Assembly (NCBI GenBank): GCA_965242895.1
Contig: OZ251507.1
Location: 626,276 to 690,275 of the forward strand
From: Acidimicrobiales bacterium
GTDB taxonomy: Bacteria > Actinomycetota > Acidimicrobiia > Acidimicrobiales > CATQHL01
Reading direction: 5' to 3'
DNA length: 64,000 nt
Each line of letters opens with the position of its first letter. Positions within the stretch are counted from its first letter, which is position 1. Below are positions 47,511 to 56,037 of this stretch, piece by piece. The translations under genes and the position numbers were made by a program. A model generated the notes under the pieces. The model was not told the origin of the DNA. It did not search any database and saw nothing but the letters and a program-made list of their open reading frames with translations.

Positions 47511-47987
47511 ATGAACACAGGCATGACAGCCCTCTTCGGGTCGCTGACAGGCATCCTCTTCGGGTTGATCATCTACTTCCTCAACGACCTTAAGAAACAC
47601 ATATTCGCCCTAGGAGGCCAGTTAGACAATCTCCGCAGGGAGTTCAATGACCGCTTCGACGAAATACGCAGAGAGTTCAACAACCGCTTCGACGAAATAC
47701 GCAGAGAGTTCAACGACCGCTTCGACGAAATACGCAGAGAGTTCAACGACCGCTTCGACAATCTTGACAAGCGGGTGCACGAGAACACCAAGGCGATCGG
47801 CGAGCTGAAAGCGACGACCTCCAGAGAAATCGGCGAACTGAAGGGGATGACGTCCGCTCTCCTGAGTCTGCAGACCGGAACTACGGAAGAGGACGAGAGC
47901 TCCGGGCCGCCCGAACCGGGCAGGCAACAGGAAGAAACACCTGAGCAGCAGATCGAAATGCCGGCGCTGGGGAGCTTCAAAGAGTGA
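47511..47987 (+). CDS. TM-anchored coiled-coil repeat protein, paralog A
   Basis: It has an N-terminal TM segment (ALFGSLTGILFGLIIYFL). Four 11-aa repeats (RREFNDRFDEI) are encoded by 33-bp tandem repeats at ~47633-47765. The conserved tail NLDKRVHENTKAI.ELKG MTSALLS.QTGTT.EDES is shared with paralog B. Confidence 0.7.
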   Translation: MNTGMTALFGSLTGILFGLIIYFLNDLKKHIFALGGQLDNLRREFNDRFDEIRREFNNRFDEIRREFNDRFDEIRREFNDRFDNLDKRVHENTKAIGELKATTSREIGELKGMTSALLSLQTGTTEEDESSGPPEPGRQQEETPEQQIEMPALGSFKE

Positions 47988-48438
47988 TCCACGCAGTCGA
48001 TCTCTTCTGCGGTATTGGCGGTCTGACGCACGGGCTTGCCCGCTCCGGGATCACAGTCAAAGCGGGCATTGACATAGACTCTTCCTGCCGTTACCCCTAC
48101 GAGGCCAACAACCCTGATGCCCAGTTCTTGACGGCGGACGTTCGTGACGTAAGCTTCGGCGACATCGCAAAGCACTATGAGGGCGCCGACGTTTCATTGC
48201 TCGTGGGGTGTGCACCCTGCCAACCATTCTCTGCTCATACACGAAAGACCGCTAATTCGAAAGCGGACGACTGCTCGCTGCTAGGAGAATTCTCCAGACT
48301 CATCAGAGAGGGTCAGCCCGACATCGTATCAATGGAGAACGTTTCGGGTCTGCGATGGCTAAACACATCGGCAACGCAGTCCCGATGAAACTTGGAAAGG
48401 CAATCGGAAACTCGATATTGGATGCTGAAAATGTCTGA
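47984..48438 (+). pseudogene. dcm: remnant of a C5 cytosine DNA methyltransferase (internal deletion plus frameshift)
   Basis: Motif I is DLFCGIGG, motif IV is GCAPCQPFS and motif VI is SMENV. The frame then terminates. In another frame, immediately after, motif X appears (KHIGNAVPMKLGKAIGNSIL, ending in TGA at 48436-48438). Motifs VII-IX and the TRD are missing. Confidence 0.75.
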
Positions 48439-49780
48439 GCAAAAAGCCAAATACAAGATGAGCATCAGCCTCAACGTGCTGAACCATCTCGGCCTGCACC
48501 TCTACAGCAACATCTCGGCAGTGCTGGCCGAAGTGATCGCTAACTCCTGGGACGCCGACGCTACGGAAGTACGGGTCGACTTCGACATCGGCGGCAAGGT
48601 CATAAGAGTCAGCGACAACGGCACAGGAATGGACGTAGACGACATCAACGAAAAATACCTGCGAGTCGGCTACCAAAAGAGAGAAGTCGAAGGGTATGAG
48701 ACCCCGGGCGGCCGCAAGCCCATGGGCAGGAAAGGGATAGGAAAGCTTTCACTATTCTCAATCGCCAACAGCATCACTGTCTATACGAAAAAGGAAGGGG
48801 CAGAAGGAGAAGCTTTTCGACTGGACGCAAACAAGATAAAAGAGGCCATCCAAACTGAAGGCCCTTCGTCCAGCGATCCTTCCTCAGCAGAACAATACGA
48901 ACCCGAACTCATAGATTTCGCCAACAAAATTGACGGACAAGGGACGATAATTGAAATTAGAGATTTGAAGAAAGTCCGCCTCACGACTGCTTCGGTTAAC
49001 GGACTAAGAAAAAAGATCGCCAGAAGATTTGGCCTCATTGCCGATCTGGAAAAATTTAAAATAATAATCGATAGCAAAGAAGTAACCTTTGCTGACCGCG
49101 ATTACTTTCACAAAGCACAGTTCTTATACCAATACGGTGACTACGACTATTCCCAACACTGCACTAACTTGGATGAAAATGGAAAGCAAAACACTAGATT
49201 TGCTAGACAAGGGAGTTTTAACACGCAAGGGAATCCTGATCCTAAAGGTGGCTACAGCATCACAGGATGGATAGCCGTAGCAAGAAAGTCAAGCGACTTG
49301 GACGATGGACCAGACAACGAGGACAACCTGAATAAGATCACAATCCTCGTTCGCAATAAGGTTGCCCAGGAAGATATTCTTCAGGAGTTCAGACTCGGGG
49401 GAATGATTACCAAGTACTTATTCGGTGAAATCCACGCCGACTTTCTAGATAGCGACGATCCAGACTTGGAAGATTGCGCCACCTCCAGCAGACAGCGTAT
49501 CAAGGAAGATGATCCAAGGTACAAAGCATTGCAATCGTTCGTAGATTCAGAGTTGCGCTACATATGGAAAGATACGAACGAACTAAAGAACAAGAAAGGT
49601 ACCAATGCAGCCTATGAGCTGCATCCAAATATTCGCGAGTGGTTCAATAGCCTCAACGGTGATCACAAAAATGCAGCCAAAAAACTGTTCGGCAAGATTA
49701 ATCAACTGCCAATTGACGACTTCGGCGAAAAACGTCGCATATTCATCAGCAGCATACTCGCCTTTGAGAGCCTGAAATGA
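48431..49780 (+). CDS. GHKL (HATPase_c_3-like) ATPase, N-terminal part of an interrupted reading frame
   Basis: LAEVIANSWDADATEV (N-box), SDNGTGMD (G1), GRKGIGKLS (G2-like). It ends at TGA 49778-49780, and the same frame continues open into 49814..50497. Confidence 0.8.
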   Translation: MSEQKAKYKMSISLNVLNHLGLHLYSNISAVLAEVIANSWDADATEVRVDFDIGGKVIRVSDNGTGMDVDDINEKYLRVGYQKREVEGYETPGGRKPMGRKGIGKLSLFSIANSITVYTKKEGAEGEAFRLDANKIKEAIQTEGPSSSDPSSAEQYEPELIDFANKIDGQGTIIEIRDLKKVRLTTASVNGLRKKIARRFGLIADLEKFKIIIDSKEVTFADRDYFHKAQFLYQYGDYDYSQHCTNLDENGKQNTRFARQGSFNTQGNPDPKGGYSITGWIAVARKSSDLDDGPDNEDNLNKITILVRNKVAQEDILQEFRLGGMITKYLFGEIHADFLDSDDPDLEDCATSSRQRIKEDDPRYKALQSFVDSELRYIWKDTNELKNKKGTNAAYELHPNIREWFNSLNGDHKNAAKKLFGKINQLPIDDFGEKRRIFISSILAFESLK

Positions 49781-49813
49781 CGCAGTTTACTTCATAGGCT
49801 AGATGATCTGAAG

Positions 49814-50497
49814 GTGGAGAATCTGCCCGCATTAAAGAATGTATTCATTCAATTGGACGACTTGGAAGCTAGTTCTTATTACAACATTGTCAAACAAAGA
49901 ATAGAAGTGATCAATAAATTAACCAATTTAGTAGATAACAATGCACGAGAAAAAGCACTGCAAGAACACCTATACAACCACTTGTGGTTACTAGACCCTT
50001 CTTGGGAACGAGCAACCAGCACCGCGCGCATGGAAACCCAAATTATGAACATCATAAATGATGTCGACAAGTCACATAATTATGAAAAATATAGAGTCGA
50101 TATATATTATACTACTACCGGCAACAAACACGTAGTAATTGAACTTAAGCGCGCAAATCGAACACTGACTACTTCCGATTTATATATTCAACTTAATAAA
50201 TACAAATCTGAAATATTAAAAGTATTACAGGATGCAGGCACAGATGAACCATTAGAGTTCATCTGTGTAATCGGTAAACAACTGAAAGATTTGAGTGAGC
50301 CTGGGGGTGAGTTCACTTCCGAAAAATCACTGGAAGCAGTAAACGCCAGAGTGGTGCTATACGAGCAATTGATCCAGAACGCTCTTGAGCAGTACAAAGA
50401 TTATCTCGACAAAGCCAAGGATGTTGGCATGACTTATAGACTCATCCAGAGCATTGACAAAGACGACGTCAGTGAGATGAATCCCGCCTCGGATTGA
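49814..50497 (+). CDS. DUF4263/Shedu-like PD-(D/E)xK nuclease domain protein (in frame with the GHKL ORF)
   Basis: LQEHLYNHLWLLDPSWE...YRVDIYYTT..NKHVVIELKRAN gives the D...ExK core with the preceding WLLDP motif seen in DUF4263-type nucleases. Confidence 0.6.
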   Translation: MENLPALKNVFIQLDDLEASSYYNIVKQRIEVINKLTNLVDNNAREKALQEHLYNHLWLLDPSWERATSTARMETQIMNIINDVDKSHNYEKYRVDIYYTTTGNKHVVIELKRANRTLTTSDLYIQLNKYKSEILKVLQDAGTDEPLEFICVIGKQLKDLSEPGGEFTSEKSLEAVNARVVLYEQLIQNALEQYKDYLDKAKDVGMTYRLIQSIDKDDVSEMNPASD

Positions 50498-50734
50498 TTT
50501 GGCTGCTCAAGCAGTCAGGGCTAACGCCCGAGAGAAGCCTTTACTGCCCCTCTCTCGACGCTGCTCCCCTCCTCTCAGCTAAGCCCGAGCCCTCTCGAGG
50601 GGGAACTGATGCGCCAATCAAAATTTCTTAACTTGACCCTGCCTGAACTTGCCCCGGAGCATCCGGCAGCTTTTACAAGAAACTGATGCTAATATCTGTC
50701 CTTAAGCAGTGACATACACAATATACTCAAACTG

Positions 50735-50743
50735 TGCTATAAT
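50735..50743 (+). promoter_or_regulatory. extended -10 element TGCTATAAT upstream of paralog B
   Basis: A consensus extended -10 in a very AT-rich stretch, ~280 nt upstream of the ATG at 51022. Confidence 0.45.
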
Positions 50744-51021
50744 CCCCATAGAATCAAATATGAACGCTACAGCCAAAAATTGTTATATACTAAATTAAGC
50801 ACATTAGAGCATATAAATATCTAAAAATGCTTATATGATAGGAAATAGCCCTAAAACACAAACTAGGCGGAAAGCCTCAGCACGCAGAGGCACAGCCCTA
50901 CGGCAGAATTATCAGAGGCCGGAAAGCCAGTCGAGCAACCGACTGACAGACGACCTCGATCTACACCTTGCCTCCGACAAGGAAGGCCTGAAATCCGCAC
51001 ACGAGAGAAGGGGTAGACAGA

Positions 51022-51867
51022 ATGTATGAAGCAACTTTTCCTATCGCAGAGGTGCTGATCAGCATCCTGGGCTTATTCGCAGCCGCCTTACTCGCAATTG
51101 TCTTCTACATGTTCAGAGACCTAGGCAAGCGAATCGCAACCACCAACTCAACCCTCGAAGATCACCGCAAAGAAACCAAAGCCGACATCAAAGCACTCCG
51201 CCAAGAAACCAAAGCCGAATTCGACAAAGTCAACAACCGGTTCGGCGAAATCCACAGGGAATTCAACAACCGGTTCGACAAAGTCAACGACCGGTTCGGC
51301 GAAATCCACAGGGAATTCAACAACCGGTTCGACAAAGTCAACAACCGGTTCGACAAAGTCAACGACCAATTCGGCGAAATCCACAGGGAAGTCAACGACC
51401 GGTTCGGCGAAATCCACAGGGAAGTCAACGACCGGTTCGGCGAAATCCACAGGGAAGTCAACGACCGGTTCGACAAAGTAAACAACCGGTTCGACAAAGT
51501 CAACGACCAATTCGGCGAAGTCCGCAGGGAATTCAACGAGCGGTTCGACAATCTTGACAAGCGGGTGAACGAGAACACCAATGCGATCAGCGAACTGAAA
51601 GGGATGACGTCCGCTCTCCTGAGTCGGCAGACCGGAACTACGGGGGAGGATGAGAGTGACGGATCGCCCGAAGCAGGCAAGCGACAGAGAGAAACACCTG
51701 GGGAACAGGTCGAAATGCCAGCGGCGGAGATCGGACTTATTAGGAAGCAGCAGGAGAACCCTGAGCAGCCAGAAAAACGCCCTGAGCTACTAACGGAGAA
51801 CCCCGCTATCTCAGGAGAAGCCACAGACCGAGGCACTCAAGCGATAGCAAGATCAGAAGCCAATTAG
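51022..51867 (+). CDS. TM-anchored coiled-coil repeat protein, paralog B
   Basis: It has an N-terminal TM segment (VLISILGLFAAALLAIVFYMF). Many NNRFDKV / NDRFGEIHREF modules are encoded by 21- and 33-bp tandem repeats at ~51217-51545. Its tail is highly similar to paralog A. Confidence 0.7.
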   Translation: MYEATFPIAEVLISILGLFAAALLAIVFYMFRDLGKRIATTNSTLEDHRKETKADIKALRQETKAEFDKVNNRFGEIHREFNNRFDKVNDRFGEIHREFNNRFDKVNNRFDKVNDQFGEIHREVNDRFGEIHREVNDRFGEIHREVNDRFDKVNNRFDKVNDQFGEVRREFNERFDNLDKRVNENTNAISELKGMTSALLSRQTGTTGEDESDGSPEAGKRQRETPGEQVEMPAAEIGLIRKQQENPEQPEKRPELLTENPAISGEATDRGTQAIARSEAN

Positions 51868-52100
51868 GAGTTCCGCAAACCTTAGACCCTTAGACCAGCG
51901 ACAGCCAATTCCGATTAATAGAGTAGGTTGCCCTGTCTTCGACGAGCGCTCAACAGGCGCCAGCGCGTCTAAGCCGGAGTCGCCTAGACATTAAGGAGAA
52001 GATGCCGTGTTCTCCAGGCGACTAGTTGGAATTCCCCCGAGCAACTAGCCGGTAGCCGGAAACCTCCAGGGAACTAGCCAGACCCCCCCCCCCCCAGCGA

Positions 52101-52505
52101 CTAGTCGGGAGTTCCTAGACTGTTAGTGTGGGAGGGGATGCAGGTGGCTGAATCTCCACCGCTAGCTGGTGTGTACGTGAACACGAAAATGCCCGACCAC
52201 TGCTGGAGTCGGCCGCCGGGTTCGGTAGAGCAAGCTTCTCGGCTGTAAATTCCGTCTTGGGCTCCGTCGGCTTTAGCGATCTCATACAATTCCTGCCTTG
52301 CGCCGTCGACCTCTTCGCTTGCTTCATTATTAGCGCTCCTTACCATAAGAACGCCGAGCGTGGCTATGCCACCCACAGCCGCTACTAAAAGAATCCATTC
52401 CAGAGTACTAAGACCGCTCTCAGAAGCAGGGAAAGCCGACCGGACGCGGGCGAGAACTGCCGAACGAAATCGAACAGAACGAACTCGATAAACCACAGAT
52501 GCCAA
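52101..52505 (-). CDS. putative Flp/DUF4244-type pilin-like protein
   Basis: ESG-LSTLEWILLVAAVGGIATLGVLMV resembles class III (Flp-type) prepilin signal plus hydrophobic segment (G/xSTxEY/W). Confidence 0.35.
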   Translation of the reverse strand: MASVVYRVRSVRFRSAVLARVRSAFPASESGLSTLEWILLVAAVGGIATLGVLMVRSANNEASEEVDGARQELYEIAKADGAQDGIYSREACSTEPGGRLQQWSGIFVFTYTPASGGDSATCIPSHTNSLGTPD

Positions 52506-52541
52506 GCCTAGAAAACTGCGACTGACGAGACAGCAAGAATG

Positions 52542-52739
52542 CTATAAGCCATTATCGTTAGTACCCTCCGTGTTCTCACTTTCTAGAATTTCTTTCCCCA
52601 GATAAGGGTGTCTCTCTGCTTCAGACCATGGGGCGCAAAACTGATTACCAGTAGCGCCATCTACGAAATCCATATTCCCTAAGCTATCGTTGATCTCTTC
52701 TTTGAGGATTTTTCTACACCGCAAACAGTTGACCGTCAT
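52542..52739 (-). CDS. small hypothetical protein (65 aa) in low-GC DNA
   Basis: ORF only. It has a CxxC at the N-terminus (CLRC). Confidence 0.3.
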   Translation of the reverse strand: MTVNCLRCRKILKEEINDSLGNMDFVDGATGNQFCAPWSEAERHPYLGKEILESENTEGTNDNGL

Positions 52740-53037
52740 CTCTTAACGAAGACTGTCGCGAAGGTCGCAGCAATAATTTAAGGGCTATTGAAGTTCCAAT
52801 CAGCATTGGGTTAATTGTCTCCTTCATTCTTGGATGTCTGTTTGTAAGGGATGTCCATTATAAGTTGCCAGTATAAGTTGCCAGAAACCTTACGGCCATC
52901 AACCCCTTGTCCGGCCAGGCACGCAACTCGTGCCAGGCAGTTCTTACCAAGCACTTGTTAACTGAGACTATCAAGCCCGAACGCGATTCGCAACCATTTT
53001 CGGAAATCAGCATTTGGGCTGGTCAAGCGTGTCAAAG

Positions 53038-55140
53038 CTAGCCAATCACGGCGAGGAGATCGCCGCCGCCTACCAGATCGCCTACCTCAACTAAGAGTTC
53101 GGCGATGACGCCGTTAGTAGGGGCGATCAGGACGTTCTCCATCTTCATGGCCTCTAGCGTCAGGATCGGTTGGCCTTCGCTTACCTCCTCGCCCTTGACC
53201 GCAGCGACTTTCACGACCGTTCCCTGCATGGGCGCCCTGATTTCGCCGCCGTTCTGCGTCTTGGGTCGGGCAGGAGATGAAGAGAGGCGTTTCGGCTGCT
53301 GCTGAGGAATGGGCCTGGACGAGCGCCTTCGGGCGGGAGGCTGCGAGGGTCGGAGTTGCTGCGACTGAGGCTGCGGCTGCGGCGGGGAGGGCACCCAGAC
53401 GGCCACGTTGAAGAGTTTCCTGTTCACTTCCACCTGGATCTCCTGGCGGACGAGCTGGGGATCGGGCTCTGCAGCTTCCGCAGTTGCCGCAGCAGGAGGG
53501 GGTGGGCTAGCCGCAGCAGGAGGGGGTGGGCTAGCCGCAGCAGGTGGAGGGAGGCTGGCTGCTTCGGTCTTCTCCGGATCGGACGGGGGAACGGGGAGGG
53601 CTTCAGCGGTCGTCTTCGGGCCGTCTTTCTGTTTCCCTGTCTGGCTCTGCCCCTGCTTTTTGGCCTCCGTAGTCGCTGCCCCTTCGGAGGCGGGAGCGTA
53701 GAGCGTCTCGGTGACCCAACGGGTGGAGTGCTCGACGGCTTGGAAGTCGGGGTGCGAGAGGATGTCGATGTGGGCGGGAATGGTGGTCTTCACGCCGGCT
53801 ACCTCCGTCTCCCTCAGAGCTCGCAGCGTGCGGGCGATAGCCGTTGGACGGTCTTTGCCCCAGCAAATCAACTTGGCGAGCAAGTTGTCGTAGAGGGGGT
53901 TGGCCTCGTCTCCCGCCTCGTGCCCGGCGTCGAAGCGGGTTCCGAAGCCGCCCGGGGCATTAAGTCTGGTTATCAGACCTGGTGAGGGAAGGAAGTGGCC
54001 GCCAGCGGGGTCTTCGGCGTTTATGCGCACCTCGATGGCGTGGCCGCTCGTCCGAACGTCCTCCTGGCGGAGTCTCAGCGGCTCGCCGGCGGCGACGGCG
54101 ATCTGCTCGGCCACGAGATCTAAGCCGCAGACCATCTCAGTGACCGGATGCTCGACCTGCAGACGGGTGTTCATCTCTAAATAGTAGAACTCGCCAGCCT
54201 GATAGAGCATCTCCACAGTGCCTGCGTTCACGTAGTCACAGCCCTTGGCGACCTTCACAGCCGCCTGTCCCATCGCTTCGACCACGCCGGGCGGGAGGTT
54301 CGGGGCAGGGGCTTCCTCGACGAGCTTCTGGTGGCGGCGCTGAGCGGAGCAGTCCCTCGTGGAAAGCCAGATGCAGTTGCCGTGGGCGTCGGCCAGCACC
54401 TGGACTTCCACGTGGCGGGGTTTGGTGAGATAGCGCTCTAAGTAGACCTCGGGGCGGCCGAAGTAGGCCAGCGCCTCCCGCTGAGCAGATTCCAGGGCTT
54501 CTTCGATCTCGGAGGGGTCGTGGACGACCTTCAGCCCTCTGCCGCCGCCGCCGTGAGTTGCCTTGATCGCCACGGGGTAGCCGTGCTCGGCAGCGAAGGT
54601 TTCTATTTCGTGCTCGCTGGGGGCGGCGGCGGGCACGAACTTTAAGGGCTTCGGCATCGGGCTCTGCGGGGGGTCGGGGATGGCAGGGTACGAAAAGGTC
54701 GGCTGATCAGACAGGACGGGGGCGATCATGAACTTTGTCTGGCCGGGGACGCAGGACACCCCTACCTTCTCGGCTGCTTGGCGTGCCGAGAGTTTGTCGC
54801 CCATCGTGCGGATGGCTTCGGGCGGGGGGCCTATGAAGGTTGCGCCGGCGGCGGCGACCGCCTGGGCAAAGTCGGCGTTTTCGCTTAGGAAGCCGTAGCC
54901 CGGGTGGACAGCTTCCGCTCCGCTGCTTCGGACCGCTTCAATTATGGCTTCTACGTTGAGGTAGCTCTCTGCGCTGGTGCTGCCGCCTAGGGCGTAGGCG
55001 GCGTCGGCGGCTCGGACGTGCATGGCCGTGCGGTCAGGGTCGGAATAGACGGCCACTGTCTTTATGCCTAGGTCGCGACAGGTGCGGATAATGCGCACGG
55101 CGATCTCGCCTCGGTTGGCGATGAGGATGGTGGAGAACAC
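53038..55140 (-). CDS. accA: acyl-CoA carboxylase alpha subunit (biotin carboxylase plus BCCP domain)
   Basis: [26 protein letters not shown]..., [10 protein letters not shown], and the C-terminal biotinyl motif LEAMKMEN. A Pro/Ala-rich low-complexity linker is present. Confidence 0.9.
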   Translation of the reverse strand: MFSTILIANRGEIAVRIIRTCRDLGIKTVAVYSDPDRTAMHVRAADAAYALGGSTSAESYLNVEAIIEAVRSSGAEAVHPGYGFLSENADFAQAVAAAGATFIGPPPEAIRTMGDKLSARQAAEKVGVSCVPGQTKFMIAPVLSDQPTFSYPAIPDPPQSPMPKPLKFVPAAAPSEHEIETFAAEHGYPVAIKATHGGGGRGLKVVHDPSEIEEALESAQREALAYFGRPEVYLERYLTKPRHVEVQVLADAHGNCIWLSTRDCSAQRRHQKLVEEAPAPNLPPGVVEAMGQAAVKVAKGCDYVNAGTVEMLYQAGEFYYLEMNTRLQVEHPVTEMVCGLDLVAEQIAVAAGEPLRLRQEDVRTSGHAIEVRINAEDPAGGHFLPSPGLITRLNAPGGFGTRFDAGHEAGDEANPLYDNLLAKLICWGKDRPTAIARTLRALRETEVAGVKTTIPAHIDILSHPDFQAVEHSTRWVTETLYAPASEGAATTEAKKQGQSQTGKQKDGPKTTAEALPVPPSDPEKTEAASLPPPAAASPPPPAAASPPPPAAATAEAAEPDPQLVRQEIQVEVNRKLFNVAVWVPSPPQPQPQSQQLRPSQPPARRRSSRPIPQQQPKRLSSSPARPKTQNGGEIRAPMQGTVVKVAAVKGEEVSEGQPILTLEAMKMENVLIAPTNGVIAELLVEVGDLVGGGDLLAVIG

Positions 55141-55335
55141 TAGCGCTTAGCGTAATTTGCGTGACTGCCCTTTTGACTGTCCTTTGACTCGCAGTAACGG
55201 CCTAGTGACTCCCAGTCGCACGGACTGCCGATGTCGAGAGCTCGGGAAGCTCTGAGTTTCCAAGTTGTCCCGTTTCTTCGCCTCTCTTCGATATATTCGG
55301 ATTTGTGACATTAGGAACGCTATAGACGCACATTT

Positions 55336-55344
55336 TGCTATAGT
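55336..55344 (+). promoter_or_regulatory. extended -10 element TGCTATAGT upstream of paralog C
   Basis: Same TGCTATAnT word as at 47382 and 50735. An AT-rich leader of ~210 nt follows. Confidence 0.4.
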
Positions 55345-55557
55345 GTCAGTATTTAGAGAATTTGCCTGAATAGACTAATTTTTAGTTAATTTTATTATTT
55401 TTTCTGATATACTACATTTAGAATGGCTCATAATGTATTACGAACCTAGGATATTGCCGAGGAGGCCGCAAACAGAACCGATGCTCTAGAGCAGACGGCC
55501 CAAGACCAGGAGAGCCGGGTTAACGCTCTGAGCAACCACAACATCTAAGGAGGCGAA

Positions 55558-56037
55558 ATGGGAGCCGCTACCACAGCCCTGCTAGGAACGCTGATAGTCG
55601 CACATTTGGGGACACTGCTCTACTTGGGTAAGAAAATTGATACTCGCATAGAAGACACCAACAAACGCATCGAGGCGCACTCCGAAAACCTCAATAATCG
55701 CACCTACGAAGTCGACACCAAGCTCACTGCGCTTATCCGAGACACCAGCAAACTCATCGCAGCCAACGCAAAAGGGATCGCAAAACTCGGAGTGCGCGTC
55801 GACGCCAACGCCGAAGCCATCAAAGAACTCAGAAAAACAGCCGCATTCCAGAACCAGTTACTGCTCAAGAACAACCGGAGCCTCGGGAGAATCGAGGGCA
55901 CCCTTGGAACACGGCAAGTAAACGAAATAGCCGAACCGGCAATTCCTCTCGACGACCTCCCGGCAGAACTGGACGACAATATGGAAGATGCGAAGGAGGA
56001 GATCGAAGAGCGGGCAGAGATGTCTCGAGATCGCTGA
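55558..56037 (+). CDS. TM-anchored coiled-coil protein, paralog C (divergent)
   Basis: It has an AAGGAGG RBS, an N-terminal TM segment (ALLGTLIVAHLGTLLYL) and heptad-like IEDTNKRIEAHSENLNNR... Its stop overlaps the birA ATG (TGATG). Confidence 0.6.
   Translation: MGAATTALLGTLIVAHLGTLLYLGKKIDTRIEDTNKRIEAHSENLNNRTYEVDTKLTALIRDTSKLIAANAKGIAKLGVRVDANAEAIKELRKTAAFQNQLLLKNNRSLGRIEGTLGTRQVNEIAEPAIPLDDLPAELDDNMEDAKEEIEERAEMSRDR

Noticed and set aside
47573-48175. 200-aa and 101-aa minus-strand ORFs, and likewise 51162..51836 and 51148..51510, opposite the coiled-coil repeat genes
   Set aside because: These frames are kept open only by the tandem DNA repeats. Their products are Ser/Leu/Arg-rich or Val/Asp/Phe-rich repeat shadows with no start context. 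The plus-strand genes have an RBS and a TM segment.
49778-49780. In-frame TGA in the GHKL-nuclease frame as a selenocysteine codon
   Set aside because: The position lies in a predicted helical linker (FESLK*RSLL), not a redox motif. I saw no obvious hairpin immediately downstream. A nonsense mutation or a natural split is more parsimonious.
50835-51029. 64-aa basic ORF in the leader of coiled-coil paralog B
   Set aside because: It has no RBS or recognisable motif, it overlaps the paralog B start, and no equivalent ORF exists upstream of paralogs A or C. I kept it only as a note.
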